This document shows positions 1-7,919 of a DNA stretch of 64,000 bases, one piece after another. The notes beneath the pieces were generated by a model, which saw nothing but the letters and a program-made list of their open reading frames with translations, was not told the origin of the DNA and made no database searches. The first letter of the stretch is position 1. Each line of letters starts with the position of its first letter. Position numbers and translations under genes: made by a program. This DNA comes from a virus. Location of the stretch: IMG/VR virus record IMGVR_UViG_3300013125_000002, one strand, 5' to 3'.

Positions 1-487
1 CTCCCCCACCAGCTAGAAGTGTCGCATCTGTAGCAGACCCCTGAGCGGTGCCTGCGCTTCCCGCATTACTTCCGGTACCGCCCGCGCCTCCTGCCATTGC
101 TGCGGCCCCACCTGCGGCAGCGCCTCCGGTGTATCCACCTAATCCGCCGTAGGCACCACCAGCTCCCCCCTCGCCGCTGCCGGCGCCAGCCCCGCCATCC
201 CCAGCTCCACCTAACGTGCCCTGAGAGCCAGCGACGCCAACACCGCCTCCTCCACCTCCTCCGCTACCGGTGCCACCAGTGTGCCCCTGAAGGTTGACAA
301 CGTTGCCTTTGTGGACAATTACCGCTGCGTGAATCTCGAAAGGATCGTTGCCGGCGGTAACCGTAAGAGTCACCCCGACATCGATCTTGCAGAGACCGAT
401 CCCGGTATGAACGCCGCCGACGTTGCCCGTACTGGGAACCCAGTCAGCTCCGCCGTGATCGCCGCCGCCTTCAGCAGTCCAACTCAT
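1..487 (-). CDS. Glycine-rich tail fibre/adhesin protein, partial (runs off the window edge)
   Basis: Absent from the ORF track because it has no stop in the window. Manual translation from ATG at 487 (AGGA upstream) gives MSWTAEGGGDHGGADWVPSTGNVGG...GGTGSGGGGGGGVGVAGSQGTLGGAGDGGAGAGSGEGGAGG..., open to base 1. It follows the fibre genes. Confidence 0.75.
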   Translation of the reverse strand, partial: MSWTAEGGGDHGGADWVPSTGNVGGVHTGIGLCKIDVGVTLTVTAGNDPFEIHAAVIVHKGNVVNLQGHTGGTGSGGGGGGGVGVAGSQGTLGGAGDGGAGAGSGEGGAGGAYGGLGGYTGGAAAGGAAAMAGGAGGTGSNAGSAGTAQGSATDATLLAGGG

Positions 488-496
488 GGCGATTTC

Positions 497-1063
497 CTAG
501 TAAGCCAACAGCCGACGCCGGGTGACGTATGCCTTGTTAGCGGCGCCACCGTTGTAGCGAAGTTCGAATGTCACGTCCAGTTTTTCGTTCTTGTTGACAG
601 TGATCGCTAGAGTCGCACTCGTTGAGGTATTCGGCTCCGCTCCAGCCGAAACGCTGACCGTGAGCTGATCGGAGTGCGCGGACTGATCGGCGATCGTAAC
701 CCGCAACTCGGCGTTGCCGCTGCCGCCATCACGCCACAGGGCCGCAGCCACCTTCCAGGTCGTCGCAGTGCTATAGACCGAATCCAACTCCATCGCGAAG
801 GAGTCGATTGTTACCCAGCCCGCAACATCTCGACTGTACTGTGTCGAGTCCTCCAGTGCGTTATAGGCAGAAGCTGGTGCTTTGAGTGTCCCAGCCTGGG
901 TGATCTGCACCTCGTTCCCTGCCGAATCCCTAGCGAACAACTCAGTAACGCCCGAGATATCCTTGCCGTAGATGTGGATGGTATTGGCTACGGCAGCTGG
1001 TGCAGCCCCTAGCTCTTCGAGCTTTATCGCAGTGTCAAATTTGATCTGGTTATTGTGGAGCAT
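497..1063 (-). CDS. Putative virion structural protein (fibre-associated, beta-rich C-terminal domain)
   Basis: 188-aa ORF starting 2 nt after the fibre gene stop. Its position in the fibre module is the only support for the call. Confidence 0.55.
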   Translation of the reverse strand: MLHNNQIKFDTAIKLEELGAAPAAVANTIHIYGKDISGVTELFARDSAGNEVQITQAGTLKAPASAYNALEDSTQYSRDVAGWVTIDSFAMELDSVYSTATTWKVAAALWRDGGSGNAELRVTIADQSAHSDQLTVSVSAGAEPNTSTSATLAITVNKNEKLDVTFELRYNGGAANKAYVTRRRLLAY

Positions 1064-1065
1064 GG

Positions 1066-3270
1066 CTACGCCTCAAGAGTGTTGTAGCTAGCCAGGATCC
1101 ACTCGCCAGCCACCAAAGCAGAGAAGATCACGTTCTTGGCCAAAGCGTTGTAGGTAAACTCGTCGATGGCTGGTGTCACCGAAACTGTGTAACGAAGCAG
1201 GGCACCATTTCTGTACACTCGCAGATCGAAAGTAGACCCTGCACTCGCAGAAGGGGCAGGTGCTTTGCCTAAAGTCAACGTCGTCTCTCCACCAACAGTA
1301 GCACTTGGGCTAAGCTCATCCTCACGCGGGGCCGGAAGGACAAGATCATAAAGTTCAATCCCATCCTCCGTAGCGTTGACCATAAAGAAGTAACCGGCCT
1401 TGCCGGCAAAGCCGGCGACCGCCGGGTACAAATCGAGTTTGGTCTTGTCCGCTCCCGACAGGAAGCCGTTTGCTCCGCCAGCAACAGCCACAGCATGGAG
1501 GCTACCGTCTGTCTGTGCGCCGTGATTATGCACATGGTCAGAGCGTGCGAGCGATGTTGCGGCGCCTTCCGAGTTAGCAGTGCCGACTGATGATGGCGCA
1601 GCCGTGCTGATGTCATGTTTGTGGTCAGCCCTCGCTGCATCAGTTGCAACACCTACTGCGGCAGCAGCCTTAGTGACGTTAGCTGGCGCAGACGCAGTAA
1701 GCGCAGCTGCTCCTGAAGCGATGCCATCCAGCTTGGTCTTGTCGGCGCCCGTCATAAAACCGCTGGCACCAGCAGCAATGACCGCCGCATGCATTGACCC
1801 ATCGGTCTGGGCCCCGTGATTGTGCACGTGGTCCGACCGAGCAAGGGAAGTAGCAGCACCCTCAGCGTTCGCAGCACCGACGCTTGACGGAGCTGCTGTA
1901 GATACATCGTGCTTGTGGTCTGACTTCGCCGCAGTTGTGCCGACTCCCACGACTGCCGCAGCCTTAGTAACGTTTGCTGGGGCGTCACTAGTTAGGGCGG
2001 CAGCTCCGGCTGCGATCCCATCAAGCTTGGTTTTGTCGACCCCCGACAAGAAACCATTTGCACCACCAGCAACAGCCACTGCGTGGAACGAGCCATCAGT
2101 CTGAGCACCGTGATTATGTACATGGTCAGAACGTGCCAAAGAAGTAGCAGCACCTTCCGCATTGGCAGTGCCAACACTTGATGGGGCTGCTACAGATACA
2201 TCATGCTTATGATCTGAACGTGCAGCAGTCGTCGCTATGCCAACCGCTGCAACGGCTTTAGTAACATCGACTGGGGCTACGGCCGTTAGAGCTGCCGCGA
2301 GTGCTGCGATCCCGTCAAGTTTGGTTTTGTCCGCGCCCGACAAGAACCCATTAGCGCCTCCGGCCACAGCCACTGCGTGGAATGACCCATCAGTTTGGGC
2401 CCCGTGATTGTGCACGTGGTCAGAGCGAGCAAGCGAGGTAGCAGCACCCTCTGAATTAGCTGCGGCGATAGAAGAGGGGGCGGCTGTCGATACGTCGTGC
2501 TTGTGATCCGCACGAGCAAGTTCTGTCGAGGCTCCTACGCTAGCCGCGGCCTTGGTGACATCCGCCGGAGCAGCTGCCGTAGGGTTCACCGCCAAGCTCA
2601 GTTGTTCATTTCCGGCAGGATTGAGCTTTGTGATAGTAACGTTGGTGCCGGCCGCGAGCTTGTTCTCGAGGTAGTTGGTTGTGGTGTCCGCAGCACTGAT
2701 CTTGACTTTCTCGTCAGATGCTGTGTTGACGGTCAGTTCGAGCGCAGACTCGTCTGCTTTGACCGACACGACCTTGTTGGCATTGCCAGCCAAAGCGCCT
2801 GGGTACAAATCGAGCTTGGTCTTGTCTGCAGCCGACATAAACCCGGCAACAGCTCCTGTCGCCGCTGCGTGGATTCCACCGCCACCACGATTTCCATGCT
2901 GGGCGTCAGTAGCAAGAACACCGACCTGAATGTCGTTTGCGTGAACTAAGATCGACCCATCGGCATTGGCTGCAACGTCGAGTGTCACATCGGCAATGAG
3001 AGCACCACCGCCAGTCAGTCCAGCTCCAGCAATGACTTGACGAGCTTCGATGTCATCGAGACGCTTCAGAACGGTTCCAGGCTCCTTGAGGTTGGAGCCC
3101 ATCTTGGTAGCCAAGGCTTGAGCCTTGGTCGCCATTGTATTGATCTGACTGGAATGGGACCTATCACCATCACCAGCCCCTGGGGCAGAGTCATCGACAA
3201 CAGCGGGCTGGTTGGCCGCAACAACATCCTGCGCGCCTGGGTAGACTGTATTCCAAAACTTGTCAGCCAT
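1066..3270 (-). CDS. Tail fibre protein with HxH-containing tandem repeats
   Basis: 734 aa, Ala/Gly-rich, with repeated ARSDHVH/DHKH and GF(M/L)SxxDKTKLD motifs typical of phage fibres. Lies downstream of the baseplate genes. Confidence 0.8.
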   Translation of the reverse strand: MADKFWNTVYPGAQDVVAANQPAVVDDSAPGAGDGDRSHSSQINTMATKAQALATKMGSNLKEPGTVLKRLDDIEARQVIAGAGLTGGGALIADVTLDVAANADGSILVHANDIQVGVLATDAQHGNRGGGGIHAAATGAVAGFMSAADKTKLDLYPGALAGNANKVVSVKADESALELTVNTASDEKVKISAADTTTNYLENKLAAGTNVTITKLNPAGNEQLSLAVNPTAAAPADVTKAAASVGASTELARADHKHDVSTAAPSSIAAANSEGAATSLARSDHVHNHGAQTDGSFHAVAVAGGANGFLSGADKTKLDGIAALAAALTAVAPVDVTKAVAAVGIATTAARSDHKHDVSVAAPSSVGTANAEGAATSLARSDHVHNHGAQTDGSFHAVAVAGGANGFLSGVDKTKLDGIAAGAAALTSDAPANVTKAAAVVGVGTTAAKSDHKHDVSTAAPSSVGAANAEGAATSLARSDHVHNHGAQTDGSMHAAVIAAGASGFMTGADKTKLDGIASGAAALTASAPANVTKAAAAVGVATDAARADHKHDISTAAPSSVGTANSEGAATSLARSDHVHNHGAQTDGSLHAVAVAGGANGFLSGADKTKLDLYPAVAGFAGKAGYFFMVNATEDGIELYDLVLPAPREDELSPSATVGGETTLTLGKAPAPSASAGSTFDLRVYRNGALLRYTVSVTPAIDEFTYNALAKNVIFSALVAGEWILASYNTLEA
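1430..2575 (-). repeat. Four tandem 294-bp (98-aa) intragenic repeats in the tail fibre
   Basis: The DHVHNH-coding block occurs at 1522, 1816, 2110 and 2404, an exact 294-nt period. Copies differ mostly at synonymous positions. Confidence 0.9.
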
Positions 3271-3273
3271 TGC

Positions 3274-3786
3274 CTAGCCTCCCCAGTTACCAGTACCCCA
3301 CATGAACGTGCCCCAGTTGGAGCTTGGGATGGTAACGGTTCGTGCAGTCAGATCAGTTTTTCCTCCAATGCGCTCGTCTTCGACTCCGAACGCTTGAAGA
3401 ATCTGTCTGAGATTGGAATCCCTGGCGGACGTATACTGTCTGGGCATTGATCCGACCAGGGAGTCTGTCTTGGTCAACCGACCAATGAATTCGGCAATGG
3501 CTGAGAGCGAATATCCTCCCGTCTCCAAGTACAAACCAGAAGCACTAACCTGATACTTCGCTCCGAACTGTGGCTTGGTGATCTCGAGATCAATATATGA
3601 AGTCAGATTGGCCGTAGCTGGATGAACTGCTTTGACCGTAACAGCAGAGGCTGCTGGAGGGTCCACAGGGGACACGGTATAGGTCGCAGGATTCAGGAGG
3701 GCACTGTTCACTTTCTTGGGCTGCTTGAAGATCACTCGGATCTCTTTCTGATTCAAGACAGCGATGCGAATAGTGTCAAACGCCAT
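3274..3786 (-). CDS. Putative baseplate/tail protein (Ig-like N-terminus, WG-rich C-terminus)
   Basis: 170 aa with a beta-strand pattern, ending WGTFMWGTGNWGG. GGAG RBS. Tail module context. Confidence 0.5.
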   Translation of the reverse strand: MAFDTIRIAVLNQKEIRVIFKQPKKVNSALLNPATYTVSPVDPPAASAVTVKAVHPATANLTSYIDLEITKPQFGAKYQVSASGLYLETGGYSLSAIAEFIGRLTKTDSLVGSMPRQYTSARDSNLRQILQAFGVEDERIGGKTDLTARTVTIPSSNWGTFMWGTGNWGG

Positions 3787-3831
3787 TACTGATCTCCGGA
3801 ATACCTACGACCTATACCGGTCTCCTACAGA

Positions 3832-4341
3832 CTAGCCGGGTGCGCCAGCGGCTGGCTTAACAGCCGCTGCTGCCTTCAGGAGTGCAGAAGCACCAGTGGT
3901 GATCTTGTTGGCACCAAGCCAGCCCTCGACCTTCTTCTCCCACCACTCCTTGCCCCTGTCTGGCAACTTGTACTCTACGGCCTTCTCCTGAATGAAGTTG
4001 ATGGCTAGTTGGAGCTTCTCAGCACTCTCCAGGGGCTTGCCATTGAGCTTGGCTGCGTTGAGGGACTTCTGCTCTGCGTAGCCGATACCCCGCATGAGAA
4101 GGTCGTTCACCTTCGCAGTGTAGGTATCGAACCCGTACTTCTTCATGAGCACAGTCACGAAACCAGTGGCCAGAAGGCCCAGAACCGTGAAGACCAGCTC
4201 CATGAGGTTCTGGAGAATCACCTTCCACCAGTTGAGCCCCTCGGCAGGCTGGGTGGCTGTGGCTTGTGCCCATGCTACTGAGCACACGAGCATGATCAGT
4301 AGTGCAAATAGAACGGTGAAAACTCTCTGCGCTTTTTCCAT
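3832..4341 (-). CDS. Holin-like membrane protein (LL-H-holin-like)
   Basis: Two hydrophobic segments, then GIGYAEQK...AEKLQLAINFI...KVEGWL, resembling the AEQ...EK...A pattern of LL-H family holins. AGGAGAGG RBS. Confidence 0.55.
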   Translation of the reverse strand: MEKAQRVFTVLFALLIMLVCSVAWAQATATQPAEGLNWWKVILQNLMELVFTVLGLLATGFVTVLMKKYGFDTYTAKVNDLLMRGIGYAEQKSLNAAKLNGKPLESAEKLQLAINFIQEKAVEYKLPDRGKEWWEKKVEGWLGANKITTGASALLKAAAAVKPAAGAPG

Positions 4342-4357
4342 GATCGATCCTCTCCTG

Positions 4358-7300
4358 TTAGAACTGAAGATTCAAACCGCCCACAGCATTGTCAGCGGCA
4401 CGAAGATTTTCAACGATATCCACAACGTTGTTGGTCACGAGTCCAACTCCACCAACAACAGCTGTTGATGTGTCTATTGACTTCACACCCCCTGCTCCAC
4501 TTTGATCACACACATTGTTGTGAATATTGTAGATGTTGCACCCTCCTCCCATGTAGACATTGGCTTGTGTGGCTGCAGCTGTCATAAGCAGGTAGTTACC
4601 AGTGATAGCCACACGAGTGGATGAAGCCATGTAGATGTTGTTGAAGTCAGCGTCACTTCGCATGTCGTTACCGGAGATAGCACACCCATAGATCTTATTG
4701 GCGTACACTCCAAATCCACTAGTGGCTTGGATTGTGTTTCCAGAAACAGTGAGGTTGACATAGACAGCTGCACCGGACCAATCAGCATACACACCATTCT
4801 GTGCAATTAGTGTGTTGCCAGTCACTGCAACTGTTTCGAATGTAGCCCCAGCCTTAGCTACAAGTCTGATTCCGGTATTGGTCCCATTGAATGTATTTCC
4901 ACTGATTGAAGATCTTCCAAAACCAAACAGGGTGGCAAATACAAAATGAGATGCACCAGTTGTGGTGTTTCCAGCTATTGTGACATCAGTCCAAGTACCA
5001 ACAGCATCGTCAACACCAACAGCAATTCCATACAGTCCACCATCTGCACTGATATCGCTGAACTGGTTGGATGAGAATGACACACCAGCAAGAACTGGTG
5101 CATAGATGCCCCAACCATCAACTTGAATCCCAGCGCCTCCTGCCACTGTATGAACCGCACGGATCGAGTTCCCAGCCACTTGGCACTTGTTCAGAGAGCC
5201 GGTAGCTCTGATACCAAAACCAGCTTTCCCTTCGACACGACTGATCGTATTTCCAACTACAGATCCGCCGGTCATCGTAGAAAGATAGATTCCTGCAGTA
5301 TCGGCTACAGTGAATCCCACATTGCCGACAACATCGATCACGTTATCGACAATATTGATGTTGGTATTGGAAGAGCCCAGCACCATGATACCAGCACGAC
5401 TGTTACCAGAAACCAAGTCGACGGTGGCCGGATCTAGGTTCTGGATTGTGTTTCCGGAGATAGTGGCGTTCTGGCGAGTGCTGGAGCTGCCAAACAAGAT
5501 CCCCAACTTGAAGTTGGCAGCAATGCCCAACACCCCATCCACATCCGTTAGTTGGTTGTTAGCCACCAACACGTCACGGTAGGTGCCAGCAACACCCGGA
5601 TTGGAGAAGTATATTCCTGTTTCTAGTGCATCAAAGTGATTACCTTTGATCTTCACATTCTTGAATTCGGTTGCTGCCCCGCCATTGAGGGCAAACACGA
5701 TTCCGGTTGGTTTGTTGTTTGGAGCAACCGTGTTTCCTTTGATCGAGTTGTTCTCAATAACGTTGTCGTAGAGGGTTCCCGCCGTGCTAGTGATCTTAAA
5801 GGCACAGTTTGATAGTGAAGCGGCTGAGCCTACCTTCACGTCGCAGTTTCTGATCTTGACATTATTGCAGTTAGTCAGATCAACGGCTGGTAGCCCAACC
5901 GATATGTTGTTGAGGTAACCATTGACATCGAGATGAGTGGCACCAGTCCCCTGGAAAAATGTTGCTGCTCCATCCATTCCCACACAGTTGGTGAGACGGA
6001 TGTTGGTGCCACCGCTTGCCCGAACATGGCATAGTGTCAACCCTGACCAGAAGAGACATCGATCAAAGTGAACAACATTGGATGTTGCTCCGAGATGGAC
6101 ACTCTCTCCATTCAGAAGAAGTGTGTTGAAACTGCAGTCCACAAAGTTGGCCTGCGAGAGCGCAAGAGCCGGAGCACCATTGACGCAGTCAATGAGTGCT
6201 GCAGAGATTGACACCATCGTCGCGTGGTTGAAATCACATTCACTGAAAGTTCCCGAAATCGTGCCGGCAGCCCCAGTGATTTTGAAGAGTGGAATAGCCG
6301 CCATTCCAGCAACCGTTCCCCAGAACCACACACGTCGGAAGCTAGCCGTGCCCGGCAGAAGTGCATTCAGATTGAATGCAGCGTTCTGCATGAGGACGTT
6401 CTCAACCCAGAATCCACTTGGGTTAGCAGTGTCAACCAGGATGCCTACATTCGAGGTTCCACCCTGAATGGTGAGGTTCTTAATCGCTACGGAACCAGTC
6501 GTAGCAATGTGAACAGCTCCACCGCTTGTTGTGATCTTTGATCCTTCCTCACCTTCAAGAACAACTGACCCAGTGTTGGTCCAGTTGAAGTTCCCAGAGA
6601 GGGTGTAGGTGCCACGCTTCAAGAAGATACGACCACCGGCCACTGGCAGAGCGTCATGGGCTTTTTGAAGAGCGACTTGGCTTGTTCCATTGAAGTCACC
6701 CCATGAACTAACACCATCTCCTACTGTCACAGCCGCCAGTCGTGAACCCATGATTCCTGCTGTACGATCATAATACCGAGGGGCTGTTGGTAGAGACGTT
6801 GAGAGTCCAGGTGGTGTGCGCCGAGATGAAGTTCCTCCCTCCCAAGGGGCTGTACATCCCCACTTCATCTCCTCCAACTGGGCCGATAGAAAGTCTACAT
6901 AGTCCTTCAGACCTTGAAGGCTGAGATCGTGCCGATCTGTGATCGAATCCGTACCTCGAGTGAGGATATCACCATGGGATTCATCACCCTGGAACATTCG
7001 ATCCCGAAAGTCGATGGCATTGGCAAAGAGAGGTCTCTGGTAAGCACCCGCCCGGTTCTTGTCCTTGATGAAGACCGGAGCTACGAACGGACCTGCTGAC
7101 ACAGCACAGATGATCTCCCCAACTGAGTGAGCATTGGCCAGAGGAGCCGTGCCCATTACACCAGAAGCTCGATCATTACTAACAACAGCAATGGTCTCCT
7201 GGCTTGCAAGCCCAAAGCCCACAATCAGGGAACCACCCACATCGGGGAGATCCGTGGAGTCCTGTACGTACAGACTCGTCGCAGCCATGGCTACACCAAC

Positions 7301-7909
7301 AAGGAGTAGCGTTCTGGCTGCCTCAGTTGACAGATCAGGATTGACTCCCAGGACAATCTGGTTGGCACCATCTGTCTTGATCTTCAGAAGTGGAACCTTC
7401 AGAGATAGAGGATTGGTGTCTTTGTCGAAACCCGCGACTGAAATTGGCTGCACAATCCGCCAATCGTAAGTCTTGCGAGTGGCCACACTGGAGTTGAATT
7501 CCTGTCCATCAGGACGAGCGTCACCCGATGGATCAAAACCCTGGTCCACTGTGGGGTCCCAGAACGCTCTAGCATCAAGTGCAGAATCAACTTCTACCAG
7601 CTCAGCTTCGAGGTAGAAAGTTGTCCCTGCACCTTCTAAGGTTATCGTGCGAGAGATGTCCAACTGATCTTCATTGAACAGAAGCTGACCATTGAAGTCG
7701 TAGGCCCGACCTCCATGGAACACAAGACGACCAGGGTATGTGGCTTGGTCTGGCAACTCAACAGAGAACCCCTGCAGGATGCGACCTCGTCTGTCAACCA
7801 TCCCAAGTTGAATTCTCTGATCAATGCTCCCTTTCTGGAACTGGAGCATCGCAGTGACATCTTCTCTGTCCAGCCGCTCATTGGGGCTCGTCCGTACAGA
7901 CTTAGCCAT
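4358..7909 (-). CDS. Tailspike/receptor-binding protein with a right-handed parallel beta-helix (putative depolymerase)
   Basis: 1183 aa. ALQKAHDAL...GGRIFLKRGTY...VVLEGE beta-helix entry motif, then many I(S/T)GNT(I/F) rungs. Confidence 0.8.
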   Translation of the reverse strand: MAKSVRTSPNERLDREDVTAMLQFQKGSIDQRIQLGMVDRRGRILQGFSVELPDQATYPGRLVFHGGRAYDFNGQLLFNEDQLDISRTITLEGAGTTFYLEAELVEVDSALDARAFWDPTVDQGFDPSGDARPDGQEFNSSVATRKTYDWRIVQPISVAGFDKDTNPLSLKVPLLKIKTDGANQIVLGVNPDLSTEAARTLLLVGVAMAATSLYVQDSTDLPDVGGSLIVGFGLASQETIAVVSNDRASGVMGTAPLANAHSVGEIICAVSAGPFVAPVFIKDKNRAGAYQRPLFANAIDFRDRMFQGDESHGDILTRGTDSITDRHDLSLQGLKDYVDFLSAQLEEMKWGCTAPWEGGTSSRRTPPGLSTSLPTAPRYYDRTAGIMGSRLAAVTVGDGVSSWGDFNGTSQVALQKAHDALPVAGGRIFLKRGTYTLSGNFNWTNTGSVVLEGEEGSKITTSGGAVHIATTGSVAIKNLTIQGGTSNVGILVDTANPSGFWVENVLMQNAAFNLNALLPGTASFRRVWFWGTVAGMAAIPLFKITGAAGTISGTFSECDFNHATMVSISAALIDCVNGAPALALSQANFVDCSFNTLLLNGESVHLGATSNVVHFDRCLFWSGLTLCHVRASGGTNIRLTNCVGMDGAATFFQGTGATHLDVNGYLNNISVGLPAVDLTNCNNVKIRNCDVKVGSAASLSNCAFKITSTAGTLYDNVIENNSIKGNTVAPNNKPTGIVFALNGGAATEFKNVKIKGNHFDALETGIYFSNPGVAGTYRDVLVANNQLTDVDGVLGIAANFKLGILFGSSSTRQNATISGNTIQNLDPATVDLVSGNSRAGIMVLGSSNTNINIVDNVIDVVGNVGFTVADTAGIYLSTMTGGSVVGNTISRVEGKAGFGIRATGSLNKCQVAGNSIRAVHTVAGGAGIQVDGWGIYAPVLAGVSFSSNQFSDISADGGLYGIAVGVDDAVGTWTDVTIAGNTTTGASHFVFATLFGFGRSSISGNTFNGTNTGIRLVAKAGATFETVAVTGNTLIAQNGVYADWSGAAVYVNLTVSGNTIQATSGFGVYANKIYGCAISGNDMRSDADFNNIYMASSTRVAITGNYLLMTAAATQANVYMGGGCNIYNIHNNVCDQSGAGGVKSIDTSTAVVGGVGLVTNNVVDIVENLRAADNAVGGLNLQF

Positions 7910-7919
7910 CGGTCATCTC

